From Bacteroidaceae bacterium (lineage in GTDB: Bacteria; Bacteroidota; Bacteroidia; Bacteroidales; Bacteroidaceae): a stretch of 64,000 nt of DNA. The notes under the pieces were generated by a model. It saw only the letters and a list, made by a program, of their open reading frames with translations, was not told the origin of the DNA and searched no databases. The DNA is taken from assembly GCA_024401215.1 (NCBI GenBank), contig JAKSLL010000003.1:4389-68388 (forward strand). Reading direction: 5' to 3'. Shown here in pieces: positions 28,692-38,247 of the stretch (its first letter is position 1; every line of letters begins with the position of its first letter). Made by a program: the position numbers and the translations under genes.

Positions 28692-30290
28692 ATGAAGAAT
28701 ATGAGACATTTGTTTTTGTTCTCTGCAATCATACTTGCTGCTTCTGCTCAAGCTCAAGATACTTACGATGCATATAATTTCAGCACAAGCGACCTCAACG
28801 GAACTGCCCGCTATGTGGGTATGGGAGGTGCGTTGGGTGCCTTGGGAGGCGACCTCACAGTGATGGGCACCAATCCGGCAGCTACTGCTATGTACCGCAA
28901 GAATGACGCAGCGTTTACTCTCAGCGAAGTGGTGGGCGGCAATAAAGGAGCGTTCAATCATGACCGTTCGCGATTCTCTTTTGATCAGGCAGGTGTTGTT
29001 GTGCCTTTCAATATGGAAAACCCTGATACAGAAGGCATTCAGTATATCAATTTCGGTGTGAACTACAGGAAGAACAAGAATTTCCTTTTCAACCAGAACA
29101 CTAATGTTGACAATCTGAATCTTGTGTATGATTATCCTGACGGAAATGGCTATTTCACAGAACTGTCCCAGACTTATCAGATAGCAGGATTGGCAAATAG
29201 CTGCGTAAATTATAACAGCTGGGGCTCTCTTGCAGATCTTTCTGCTCCTATGTATGATGATGATGGCAATCTCACACAGAACGGATGCATCATTGACATG
29301 TATGATAAAAATGGCGATGTTTTTTATCACGGAGTCTCTGCTCAGGATGCTTATTACCAGAAAGCCACTTATGGTTCAAATGTTCAGGCAGACATCAACC
29401 TTTCTTTCAACAGTTCGGACAGGTTCTTCTTCGGTCTCTCTCTTGGTGTGTATGACATAAGCTATGACCGTGAGTCCTATTACTGGGAGTTTGGCGTTGA
29501 TAACAGGGCGTATGATATAAAGAGCACATACCGAACAACAGCCGAGGGTTATGACTTCAAGGCAGGATTCATCTTCCGCCCAATCGAGGATTCACCTTTC
29601 CGCGTAGGTGTCACAGTGCATACGCCGATTTGGTATCGAATGACAGATTCAAACTATGCTGATGGAATGTATTATTACGACTATAATGAGGCAACAGGCA
29701 ACTTTGATTCTCGTTCAGCAATGGGACAGATTTCAAATTCAGAATACGACTATAACTTCCGCACACCTTGGAAGTTTGGTGTGAGCCTCGGACATACTAT
29801 CGGCAAGAAGATTGCTATTGGCGCTGAGTATGAATACACAGATTTGAGTACAGCGAAGTATAGTTCAATAGATGGTGATGATGATTATTTCTTCACTCAG
29901 ACAAATAGCTTCACTCAGGATATGCTCAAAGGACAGCACACTGTTAAGGCTGGTCTTGAGGTTAAGCCATTAGACTGGCTGTCAGTACGATGTGGATATA
30001 ACTATGTGTCATCTGGATTCAAGGACACAGCCTATCGCTCATTACCTTATGATGGTGCTTACACAGAGACAGATTTCACTAATTGGAAAGGCATAAACCG
30101 CTTCACAGGTGGTGTGGGATTCCGTTTCAAAGGTGGCTATTTCGACCTCGCTTATCAGTATCAGTCACAAAAGGGTGATTTCTATGCCTTCGACAACTAT
30201 GACGAGAAAGATCCAATCTTTACTCTGAAACCAACTTCTATCAGCAATAATAGAAGCCAGTTTATCGCAACTCTTGGTTTCCGATTTTAG
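28692..30290 (+). CDS. outer-membrane beta-barrel protein (FadL/PorV-like by N-terminal motif)
   Basis: MKNMRHLFLFSAIILAASAQA signal. GTARYVGMGGALGALGGDLTVMGTNPAA N-terminal motif. Alternating-hydrophobic strands throughout and a terminal ...ATLGFRF (C-terminal Phe). Start set at the ATG at 28692; the track uses a GTG at 28677. Confidence 0.65.
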   Translation: MKNMRHLFLFSAIILAASAQAQDTYDAYNFSTSDLNGTARYVGMGGALGALGGDLTVMGTNPAATAMYRKNDAAFTLSEVVGGNKGAFNHDRSRFSFDQAGVVVPFNMENPDTEGIQYINFGVNYRKNKNFLFNQNTNVDNLNLVYDYPDGNGYFTELSQTYQIAGLANSCVNYNSWGSLADLSAPMYDDDGNLTQNGCIIDMYDKNGDVFYHGVSAQDAYYQKATYGSNVQADINLSFNSSDRFFFGLSLGVYDISYDRESYYWEFGVDNRAYDIKSTYRTTAEGYDFKAGFIFRPIEDSPFRVGVTVHTPIWYRMTDSNYADGMYYYDYNEATGNFDSRSAMGQISNSEYDYNFRTPWKFGVSLGHTIGKKIAIGAEYEYTDLSTAKYSSIDGDDDYFFTQTNSFTQDMLKGQHTVKAGLEVKPLDWLSVRCGYNYVSSGFKDTAYRSLPYDGAYTETDFTNWKGINRFTGGVGFRFKGGYFDLAYQYQSQKGDFYAFDNYDEKDPIFTLKPTSISNNRSQFIATLGFRF

Positions 30291-30320
30291 TGATGATAAA
30301 AAAATAAGTTGTTATAAAAA

Positions 30321-30357
30321 ACTCGCTGGCAAGAATTTTGTCAGCGAGTTTTTTTTG
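30321..30357 (+). terminator. Rho-independent terminator
   Basis: actcgctg-gcaagaattttgt-cagcgagt followed by T8. Confidence 0.8.
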
Positions 30358-30586
30358 TTGCAAGTAATGTATTACTGCTTATCTGTTTCGTCAATGCTTT
30401 GTCTTATTTTTGGAGTTTTAAGTAATGGTGAAATAATAACTTCGGAAGATTTGGCTTGTATTTTTAGGCTATTTTGTCCTAATGAAGAGGGAGTGATGCG
30501 GGCATCATGACCGATGAATTGGGGCAAAAGAGCCAAAAAGACAAGTCAAAGCTGTTGGTATTGATTGATTATGGAACTTTAGGAAG

Positions 30587-31324
30587 TTATTTTTTTTCCA
30601 TTACTAAGTGAAGATTGTTGTCGTTAGGATTCTTCACCTTATAGTTGGTGGCTCTTCCGTTGATTGTAATCGTTGGCTTGCCATCGTTAATAACAGTGAG
30701 GTTTTGTGCGTCAATATTAGCATTGATGGTTGCATTACTGCGTGTGTAGAGTGTTATGTCGTCGGCTTTGACGGAAGAAAATATAGCGGAGCCTTTGTCG
30801 GTAGTTTGGAGACTCAGGCTGTTGCATTCTATGCTGTCAAACGTCATTGTGCCTTTGCCGAGAAGTCCTAATTGTATGTTATCTCCTTTCCATGTTCCCT
30901 CTGTGACAAAGTTTCCTGTGCCGCAGATGCTTACGCATTGCAGTTCGGGTGCCGAGATATACATTGTGATTTTCGTGCCATTGCTGAACTTGTTGATGTC
31001 TGTGTTGTCTTCCGATAAAAGCCCGATTGTGAGTAGATTGCTGTCGAAGTCAGTGGACAGGTATTTCAGAGTTGCACTGTCGCCTTCTACATCGATGCTG
31101 TAATCGCCGAAACTGAAATTTATGTCAACACTGCCAATGTTTGTGATGTAGCTGAATGTAGAAGGAATGCTGATGGGTCTGCGTATGATATTTGTTGAGC
31201 GTTTTTGGGGAGATTCTGCTGTTTGGCTTGAGCTGTCAGAAGAGGTGTCTTTTGTGCTGTTGCCGTTATTGCAAGAAGCCATGACAGTCATAGCAGCAAT
31301 TGTTAAGATGGTGCGATAGTTCAT
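30587..31324 (-). CDS. lipoprotein with GIN/DUF2807-like beta-helical repeats
   Basis: Start set at MNYRTILTIAAMTVMASC-NNGNS (lipobox). The body has repeated strand motifs (GSVDINFSFGDYSIDVEGD, GTGNFVTEG, GKGTMTFDSIECNSLSLQTTDKGSAIF, ADDITLYTRSNATINANIDAQNLTVIN) like putative auto-transporter adhesin head GIN domains. Confidence 0.55.
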   Translation of the reverse strand: MNYRTILTIAAMTVMASCNNGNSTKDTSSDSSSQTAESPQKRSTNIIRRPISIPSTFSYITNIGSVDINFSFGDYSIDVEGDSATLKYLSTDFDSNLLTIGLLSEDNTDINKFSNGTKITMYISAPELQCVSICGTGNFVTEGTWKGDNIQLGLLGKGTMTFDSIECNSLSLQTTDKGSAIFSSVKADDITLYTRSNATINANIDAQNLTVINDGKPTITINGRATNYKVKNPNDNNLHLVMEKK

Positions 31325-31415
31325 GAAGTTGCGTTTTTTTATTGTAAACTGTGACAAAGTTAGACAAAAAAAATGGAAAGTAGATGTTAAATTTGTGATT
31401 GTTTGTAATTTTGAA

Positions 31416-31423
31416 TATCTTTG
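31416..31423 (+). promoter_or_regulatory. -7 promoter box TATCTTTG
   Basis: TAnnTTTG match 78 nt upstream of the slyD-like ATG. Confidence 0.4.
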
Positions 31424-31500
31424 CATTTAATAAAAGTGCAATTATAATAGTGATTCGCATTTTTTCGGACTTGATTTTTTTATTAATATAACATATTTTT

Positions 31501-32085
31501 ATGGCACTTGACAACAAGTATATTACTGTGGCATATAGCCTTTTCGTGAAAGACGATGAAGATGTAGAAGAGACAATGGTAGAGCAGTGTTCTGAAGACC
31601 ATCCATTTGTGTTTATCAGCAAATTGGGCTTGGTGCTGCCAAAGTTTGAAGAGAATGTAGAGAATGTAGAAAAGGGAAGCGCTTTCGACTTTGTCATTCC
31701 ATGCCAGGATGCGTACGGCGAGTTTGAGGATGAACTTATGTTTGACATAGACAAGAATGTTTTCTGTATTGATGGCAAGTTTGATGATACTCGTATCTTT
31801 GAAGGTGCTGTTGTGCCTATGCAAGGAGAGGATGGAAGCAGATTCAATGCTACTATTATAGAAATCAAGGATAAAGAGGTGACAATAGACCTCAACCATC
31901 CGCGTGCTGGTCAGAATCTGCATTTTGTCGGAACTGTCGTTGAGAATCGTACTGCTACAAACGAAGAAGTGACAGAGATGCTCGACTCAATGAGTGGCTG
32001 CGGTGGCTGTGGTGGTAACTGCGGAGGCGGCTGTGGCGGTGACTGCGGAGGTGGTTGTGAAGGCGGCTGCGGTGGTTGTCACTAA
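31501..32085 (+). CDS. slyD: FKBP-type peptidyl-prolyl isomerase, SlyD-like, with Cys/Gly-rich tail
   Basis: FKBP core with an IF-insert pattern (VAYSLFVKDD...PFVFISKLGLVLPKFEENV...IDLNHPRAGQNLHFVGTVVE). Tail SGCGGCGGNCGGGCGGDCGGGCEGGCGGCH. Confidence 0.75.
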   Translation: MALDNKYITVAYSLFVKDDEDVEETMVEQCSEDHPFVFISKLGLVLPKFEENVENVEKGSAFDFVIPCQDAYGEFEDELMFDIDKNVFCIDGKFDDTRIFEGAVVPMQGEDGSRFNATIIEIKDKEVTIDLNHPRAGQNLHFVGTVVENRTATNEEVTEMLDSMSGCGGCGGNCGGGCGGDCGGGCEGGCGGCH

Positions 32086-32125
32086 GAAGAGATTTTGAAT
32101 TCTTAAAAATCAATACATCTCAAAG

Positions 32126-33205
32126 ATGAGAAATACATTTGGGAATATATTTACGCTGACAACATTCGGCGAGAGTCATGGAGCAGGTGTTGGCGGTGTT
32201 GTTGACGGTATGCCGGCAGGCGTTGACATTGACTTGGATTTTATCCAGGCAGAGCTTGACCGCCGCAAGCCAGGACAGAGCAAGATTACCACAGGCAGAC
32301 AGGAAGGTGATGTGGTGGAAATCCTCTCAGGAGTGTTTGAGGGGAAGAGCACAGGATGCCCGATTGGCTTCCTTGTTCGTAATACAAATCAGCATTCAAA
32401 AGATTATGAGAATGTGCGCAATGTGTACCGCCCGTCACATGCAGACTATACATACACTCAGAAATATGGTCTTCGCGACCATCGTGGTGGAGGACGCTCA
32501 TCAGCGCGCGAGACAATATCACGATGTGTAGGTGGCGCTTTTGCCAAGCTTGCTCTCAAGTCGCTTGGCATTGACGTGACAGCCTACACTTCGCAAGTGG
32601 GAGCCATAGCTCTTGACAGGGATTATAAGAAATATGACCTCACAAAGATAGAAAGCAATCCTGTGAGATGTCCTGACCAGGATGTTGCAAAGCAGATGGA
32701 GCAGCTCATACTTGATGTCAAGCAGGATGGCGACACGATAGGCGGTGTGATAACCTGTGTGGTGACAGGATGTCCAGTCGGACTTGGCGAACCTGCTTTT
32801 TCAAAGCTTCATGCAGAACTTGGTGCTGCAATGCTTGGCATCAATGCTGTAAAAGGCTTCGAATATGGTGAGGGCTTTGATGGCGTGGCTCAGAGAGGTT
32901 CAGAACAGAATGACATCTTCTACAACGATAATGGAAAAATCAGTACACGTTCAAACCACTCTGGTGGAATTCAAGGTGGTATAAGCAACGGACAAGACAT
33001 CTATTTCCGTGTGCTTTTCAAACCTGTTGCCACTCAACTGCGTCCACAGGCTACCGTCGATAAGAATGGTGAAGAGACTGTGCTTGAGGTGAAAGGTCGC
33101 CACGACCCATGTGTGCTGCCTCGTGCGGTGCCAGTAGTTGAAGCTATGGCTGCAATGACAATCCTTGATCATTATCTGCTTAACAAGACAATATCAATCA
33201 ATTAG
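32126..33205 (+). CDS. aroC: chorismate synthase
   Basis: FGESHG N-terminal motif, [13 protein letters not shown]. 359 aa. Confidence 0.95.
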   Translation: MRNTFGNIFTLTTFGESHGAGVGGVVDGMPAGVDIDLDFIQAELDRRKPGQSKITTGRQEGDVVEILSGVFEGKSTGCPIGFLVRNTNQHSKDYENVRNVYRPSHADYTYTQKYGLRDHRGGGRSSARETISRCVGGAFAKLALKSLGIDVTAYTSQVGAIALDRDYKKYDLTKIESNPVRCPDQDVAKQMEQLILDVKQDGDTIGGVITCVVTGCPVGLGEPAFSKLHAELGAAMLGINAVKGFEYGEGFDGVAQRGSEQNDIFYNDNGKISTRSNHSGGIQGGISNGQDIYFRVLFKPVATQLRPQATVDKNGEETVLEVKGRHDPCVLPRAVPVVEAMAAMTILDHYLLNKTISIN

Positions 33206-33219
33206 CAAAATCTGATGTT

Positions 33220-33639
33220 ATGAATAAAGTAATGCTTATTGGCAATGTGGGTAAGGACCCGCAGGTGAAATATCTTGATACTGGTGTGTGTGTGGCTCAA
33301 CTGAATCTCGCCACTACAGAGAGAGGTTATACTCTTCAGAATGGCGTGCAGGTGCCAGAACATACAGATTGGCATACTTGCATTTTCTGGCGCAAGCAGG
33401 CAGAATACGTTGAGAAGTATGTGCATAAAGGCGATAAGCTCTATGTTGAGGGCAAACTGCAAGGGCGCGATTGGGTGGACAAGCAGGGCGTCACTCGTCA
33501 TGTAGTGGAGATTATGGTGGACAATCTTGAACGCCTGACTCCTAAATCTTCGCAGACTTCATCTCAGACAGCCACTGCCGATTCTGCATCAACACCTGCA
33601 GCACAGGTGCCATCAGAAAATAACGGATACCCATTTTAG
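33220..33639 (+). CDS. ssb: single-stranded DNA-binding protein
   Basis: MNKVMLIGNVGKDPQV OB-fold start, a disordered S/T/Q/A tail and an acidic/aromatic tip (..ENNGYPF). Confidence 0.9.
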   Translation: MNKVMLIGNVGKDPQVKYLDTGVCVAQLNLATTERGYTLQNGVQVPEHTDWHTCIFWRKQAEYVEKYVHKGDKLYVEGKLQGRDWVDKQGVTRHVVEIMVDNLERLTPKSSQTSSQTATADSASTPAAQVPSENNGYPF

Positions 33640-33660
33640 TAAGCATTTGTTATTCTATAA

Positions 33661-33712
33661 TTGATTCAACTTTCGCTTTAACTTTCCAAAACGAGCAAGT
33701 GAAACTTGTATA
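33661..33712. repeat. GGAGTTAAAG-family repeat, short terminal-module-only copy G
   Basis: ttgattcaactttcgctttaactttccaaaacgagcaagtgaaacttgta shares the attcaacttt..., ccaaaacgagcaa and aaacttgta end modules of the full copies. Confidence 0.55.
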
Positions 33713-33735
33713 AATAATTTTGATTACCTACTTAT

Positions 33736-34488
33736 ATGATGCCAACAATAATCGCAGGTCCATGTGTCATTGAGTCGATGGAATGCCTTGAGCAGGTTGC
33801 CCAGGAACTCGTTAGACTCAATGAGAAATATGGAACAGATATAATTTTCAAATCATCATTTGATAAGGCTAACCGCACAAGCATCCATTCTTTCAGAGGT
33901 CCAGGACTGGAGAAAGGAATGCAGATGCTTGGCGATATAAAGGATAAATATAAATTGCGCATCCTGACAGATATTCATGAGAGCTGTCAGGCATCAGCAG
34001 CAGGAGAGGTGGCTGATGTGCTGCAGATTCCTGCTTTCCTCTGCCGTCAGACAGACCTGCTCGTTGCTGCAGCTAAGACCGGCAGGGTGGTGAACATAAA
34101 GAAGGCTCAGTTCCTGTCGGGTGTAGATATGGAATACCCTGTACAGAAAGTCAGAGAGAGTGGCAATGACAATGTATGGCTTACAGAGCGTGGCAATATG
34201 TATGGATATAACAATCTTGCTGTTGACTTCCGCAACATTGCCGATATGCATAAATACACTGACACGGTAATCATGGACTGCACACATTCTGTTCAGCGAC
34301 CAGGTGCGGCAGGTGGCAAGACTGGCGGCAATCGTGAGTTTGTGCCAGCAATGGCTCTTGCAGCAAAGGCATTTGGGGCAAATGGATATTTCTTTGAGGT
34401 GCATCCTGATCCTGATAACGCAAAGTCTGATGGACCAAACATGCTTTGTCTCTCTGATCTTGAAAAGGTCATCACTTCGCTGATTTAG
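33736..34488 (+). CDS. kdsA: 3-deoxy-8-phosphooctulonate (Kdo8P) synthase
   Basis: IAGPCVIES start, KSSFDKANRTS, QIPAFLCRQTDL, and DCTHSVQ motifs. Confidence 0.92.
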   Translation: MMPTIIAGPCVIESMECLEQVAQELVRLNEKYGTDIIFKSSFDKANRTSIHSFRGPGLEKGMQMLGDIKDKYKLRILTDIHESCQASAAGEVADVLQIPAFLCRQTDLLVAAAKTGRVVNIKKAQFLSGVDMEYPVQKVRESGNDNVWLTERGNMYGYNNLAVDFRNIADMHKYTDTVIMDCTHSVQRPGAAGGKTGGNREFVPAMALAAKAFGANGYFFEVHPDPDNAKSDGPNMLCLSDLEKVITSLI

Positions 34489-34557
34489 CGTACTTTTAAG
34501 TTCTCCTTTTAAGGTCTATCAATTCCTGCAAGAACATGCAGGCTATACTCATTCTTC

Positions 34558-35502
34558 ATGGAATCAAGAATTTTTGCAGAGAAATGTTTACGAGAGGAAG
34601 CGCAGGCATTGCTTGACGTTATCCCCAAACTTGACAATAGTTTTGAACAGGTTATTGACCTCATACTCCATTGCAAAGGGCATGTGGTAGTGACTGGCGT
34701 AGGTAAGTCGGGCCATGTGGCAGCAAAGATTGCTGCTACACTTGCTTCGACAGGCACACCGGCGATATTCCTCAATGCTCTTGACGCTTTGCATGGCGAC
34801 CTCGGTATGGTGATGTCAGACGATGTGATTCTGATGATAAGCAACTCCGGCAATACCGACGAGCTGCTCCGTGTCATAGCTTCGCTGGAGGAGAGGCATA
34901 TCCCTATTGTTGCTATGACGGGAAATGCAGAGTCGCTCATTGCGCAGCATTCCAATTACCATATTCTTGTGAGCGTGGAGAGAGAGGCTTGTCCGCTCAA
35001 CCTCGCTCCTACGTCAAGCACAACAGTGGCTATGGCAATGGGCGATGCTATAGCATGCGCTCTGATGGAGATGCGTAAGTTCAAGGCTAAGGATTTTGCT
35101 CAGTTCCATCCAGGCGGCACTCTTGGCCGCAAACTCCTTGTAAAGGTCAAAGATGTGATGTACACAGAGAATTTCCCGATAGTGCCTTCTGCAATGCGTC
35201 TTTCTGAAGCGCTCATGACTATCAGCGGTGGCAAACTCGGACTTGGCGTTGTGATGGAGGGAGATGAGATACTTGGAATAATAACAGATGGAGATATACG
35301 TCGTGCTGTAGAGGGCGCAAGAGAGAACTTCATCAATCTTACTGTCTCTGAGGCTATGACACGTACTCCAAAGACCATCTCCCCTGAGGCTAAACTCACT
35401 ACGGTGCAGACTTTGTTCAGAAAGCATAAAATCCACTCGCTTCTTGTTGTTGACAGAGGCAGACTTGTCGGTATCGTGGATTACTTCGCTATAATGAATT
35501 GA
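34558..35502 (+). CDS. kdsD: arabinose-5-phosphate isomerase (KpsF/GutQ family; SIS plus 2 CBS)
   Basis: SIS motif VVVTGVGKSGHVAAKIAATLASTGTPA, followed by tandem CBS segments. Adjacent to kdsA. Confidence 0.88.
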   Translation: MESRIFAEKCLREEAQALLDVIPKLDNSFEQVIDLILHCKGHVVVTGVGKSGHVAAKIAATLASTGTPAIFLNALDALHGDLGMVMSDDVILMISNSGNTDELLRVIASLEERHIPIVAMTGNAESLIAQHSNYHILVSVEREACPLNLAPTSSTTVAMAMGDAIACALMEMRKFKAKDFAQFHPGGTLGRKLLVKVKDVMYTENFPIVPSAMRLSEALMTISGGKLGLGVVMEGDEILGIITDGDIRRAVEGARENFINLTVSEAMTRTPKTISPEAKLTTVQTLFRKHKIHSLLVVDRGRLVGIVDYFAIMN

Positions 35503-35518
35503 TAGACAGCGATATTTT

Positions 35519-35564
35519 CCCGAATGCTCGGATTTTTTTGTTCGAGCATTCGGGAATTTTTTTT
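35519..35564 (+). terminator. Rho-independent terminator
   Basis: cccgaatgctcg-gatttttttgt-tcgagcattcggg followed by aatttttttt. Confidence 0.85.
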
Positions 35565-35621
35565 CCTTCACTTAGCATGATTGCTAGTTAAAAGACTTTC
35601 ACTATTACTAAACTTGATTTT

Positions 35622-37022
35622 ATGAAAAATATAACCGTTATATTGTTTTTGATGCTTTTCTCTGTAATGGCATCTGCAAAGAAAAATGAAGAAATGAAGC
35701 CAAGGCTCGTTGTCATGACAGATATAGGCGACTGCAATGTCGAACCAGACGATATGGAATCGGCTGTAAGGTTGCTTGCCTTTGCTGATATGTTTGAGAT
35801 AGAGGCGATAATGACAACTGTGGGATGGAATTGCGACCCTTATCCTGCAGAATGGAGCGAGTATCTTACCAAGGTTATAGATGCCTATGAGTGTGATGTG
35901 AGAAACCTCATGAAGCGTTCCAGTCAGTCTGCTTTTCTCTCTGCAGATGAGGAGAACGGTAAACAGAAGATTGGTTATTGGCCAAGTGCTGATTATGTGA
36001 GGAGCAGAGCGATGGCGGGCAGTCAGCGTGCTGGCATCAAGGTTATAGGTGAAGGCAATGACTCGCCTGGCAGCGATTTTCTTATTAAACTTGCTGATGA
36101 GGATGACAGCCGTCCTATATGGGTTGCAGCGTGGGGTGGGGCAAATACCCTCGCACAGGCTATATGGAGAGTGAAGCAGACACGCTCGGCGAGTGAGTTG
36201 AAATCGTTTGTGAATAAATTCCGAGTTTTCACAATCACAGATCAAGATATGAAATATGATATGCGCATGAACAGGGCATACAGCTCACACATGTGGATGC
36301 GCAGAGAATTTAAGGATGACCTGAAATTTATCTGGGATGAAGGTACATGGCAGCTTTTCTGCGATTTGGGCAAGGAGAACTGGGAAAAGTATAAGAGTGG
36401 CATTCAAGGCAAGGGTGCAATGGGCAAGATTTACCCTGATTACAAGTGGGGTGTGGAGGGCGACACGCCATCATTCCTCTATGTTATTCCAAACGGACTC
36501 TCCAATCCAGAGGATCCTGCTCAAGCTGGATGGAGCGGGTGTCATGCTTACGGCATTAGTCCTGACTCCCTCACTTTTGCTTGGAACAGCTGGCAGGAGC
36601 CATATAGGAGCATAACAACAGATTACCTTCGTCGTTTCTATCCTGATGAGCTCAGCGACTTTATGGCGCGAATGCAATGGGCAGACTGTGGTGAGGGCAA
36701 TCACAATCCTGTAGCTGTGGTGAATAAGAAGAAAGGTCTTGATGCTGTGTGTGTTAAGGCAAAGGCAGGTAAGACTTTAAGACTTGATGCTTCTATGTCT
36801 TTCGATCCAGACGGTGATGCTCTGTCTTACTCGTGGTGGCATCAGCCAGAGGCAGGCACATACCATACATCCCTTCTTATTGCTGATGCTTCAAAGGATG
36901 CTATAGAGATAGCCATTCCGCAGGATGCGGCAGGTAAGACCATACACATTGTTTGTGAGATTCATGACAAAGGTCCGTTCAGCCTGGCTGCTTATCGAAG
37001 GATAATAATAGATGTGAAATAA
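35622..37022 (+). CDS. DUF1593-like (nucleoside-hydrolase-like) secreted protein
   Basis: Signal peptide, then PRLVVMTDIGDCNVEPDDMESAVRLLAFADMFEIEAIMTTVGWN and IWVAAWGGANTLAQAIW, as recalled for the DUF1593 family. Ig-like C-terminal domain. Confidence 0.6.
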   Translation: MKNITVILFLMLFSVMASAKKNEEMKPRLVVMTDIGDCNVEPDDMESAVRLLAFADMFEIEAIMTTVGWNCDPYPAEWSEYLTKVIDAYECDVRNLMKRSSQSAFLSADEENGKQKIGYWPSADYVRSRAMAGSQRAGIKVIGEGNDSPGSDFLIKLADEDDSRPIWVAAWGGANTLAQAIWRVKQTRSASELKSFVNKFRVFTITDQDMKYDMRMNRAYSSHMWMRREFKDDLKFIWDEGTWQLFCDLGKENWEKYKSGIQGKGAMGKIYPDYKWGVEGDTPSFLYVIPNGLSNPEDPAQAGWSGCHAYGISPDSLTFAWNSWQEPYRSITTDYLRRFYPDELSDFMARMQWADCGEGNHNPVAVVNKKKGLDAVCVKAKAGKTLRLDASMSFDPDGDALSYSWWHQPEAGTYHTSLLIADASKDAIEIAIPQDAAGKTIHIVCEIHDKGPFSLAAYRRIIIDVK

Positions 37023-37043
37023 TATGAAAGCACCTTACTTAAG

Positions 37044-38111
37044 ATGAAGAAGTACCTATTGGCAAGGCGTATTGTTCTGTCTCTGATGCTGATATTGGTT
37101 ATCTGCATTATGTGTGTGCCTGGGGCAGGCGAGTTTTATGCTGCTCGACTCTATCCTTGGATTTCACTCGTCATGTCATGGTGTTTCAGCATCATCCCTT
37201 TTTCTCTTGATGAATGGGTGGTGATATGTGGTGTCGCCTTTCTTCTTTTATATCCTGTGATTGCTCTCTGCCGAAGAAAGGGGGTGTTGGCAGTCATTAT
37301 GAATGTTGCTGAGTTTGCTGTTGGTATTTTTGTGTGGTTCTATCTCGGTTGGGGCTGCAATTACTACCGAAGCAGTTTCTATGAACGTGCACAAATAAAG
37401 ATGGCAGAAGTCGATAAGCAGATGTTTCTTGAATATATGCAGATGTTTACTGACAGTCTCAATGCTAATTATGTGTCAAACGATGAGTTTGTGGATTTTG
37501 ACAAGTGTGCTGTGATGAATGAAGTAAAGGACATCTATTGTAATGTGCCAAGACACTTTGGACTGCAGCGTCCTCAATCATTTCAGAAACCTAAATATGT
37601 GGTATTCAACCGACTCTACAGTGCCGTCGGAGTGACAGGCTTTATGGGGCCTTTTGCTGCTGAGAGCCAGTTGAATGATGATTTGTTTCCCACTCAGTAT
37701 TCTTTTGTCTATGCACACGAGACAGCTCATCTGCTGGGGGTGAGCAGCGAGGCAGAAGCAAATTATTGGGCTTATGTAGTTTGTAGGAAGTCGGACAGCA
37801 GACTTGTTCGCTATTCAGCATATCAGCAGATGCTTCCTTACATGTTGAGGAGTGCGTATTCTGTGCTGTCCGAGGATGAATATAAAAGATGTTATGAGAG
37901 GATTGACAAGAGAGTGCTTGGACAGTTGAAAGATATGTCGGAGTATTGGAGCAGCCAAGAGGTTAAGCTTGTAGCTGATGTTCAGGATTTGATGTACGAC
38001 GCATATCTTAGATGTAATAAGATACAAAGTGGGAGGAAAAACTACAATCAGGTTGTGGAGATGGTGATGTCTGAATATAGCTCACAAAAGCAGCAGGGGG
38101 GTAGAAGTTGA
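37044..38111 (+). CDS. DUF3810-like membrane protein with HExxH-like motif
   Basis: Several N-terminal TM helices. YAHETAHLLGVSSEAEANYWAY (H-E-x-x-H metalloprotease-like). Confidence 0.6.
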   Translation: MKKYLLARRIVLSLMLILVICIMCVPGAGEFYAARLYPWISLVMSWCFSIIPFSLDEWVVICGVAFLLLYPVIALCRRKGVLAVIMNVAEFAVGIFVWFYLGWGCNYYRSSFYERAQIKMAEVDKQMFLEYMQMFTDSLNANYVSNDEFVDFDKCAVMNEVKDIYCNVPRHFGLQRPQSFQKPKYVVFNRLYSAVGVTGFMGPFAAESQLNDDLFPTQYSFVYAHETAHLLGVSSEAEANYWAYVVCRKSDSRLVRYSAYQQMLPYMLRSAYSVLSEDEYKRCYERIDKRVLGQLKDMSEYWSSQEVKLVADVQDLMYDAYLRCNKIQSGRKNYNQVVEMVMSEYSSQKQQGGRS

Positions 38112-38247
38112 GTAATGGTGAAAAGAACCTAAGAGACAAGTTAAAGTAGTTGGTATTGCCTTGTGTTTTTTGCAAAGGTCTTCACTAACCTCGGAAAGAA
38201 AATTCTCATATCAGAGAGTTTTCTTAGATCTAATTCAAAAGTTAAAT

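Noticed and set aside
28656-29330. 224-aa reverse-strand ORF, and similar long antisense ORFs (3582..4112 -, 13445..14044 -, 31266..31923 -, 35568..36245 -, 43112..44077 +, 61567..62145 -)
   Set aside because: All lie entirely inside well-supported genes on the opposite strand. Their composition is odd (Cys/His/Arg/Ser-rich or Ile-rich) and they carry no recognisable motifs. They are shadow ORFs.
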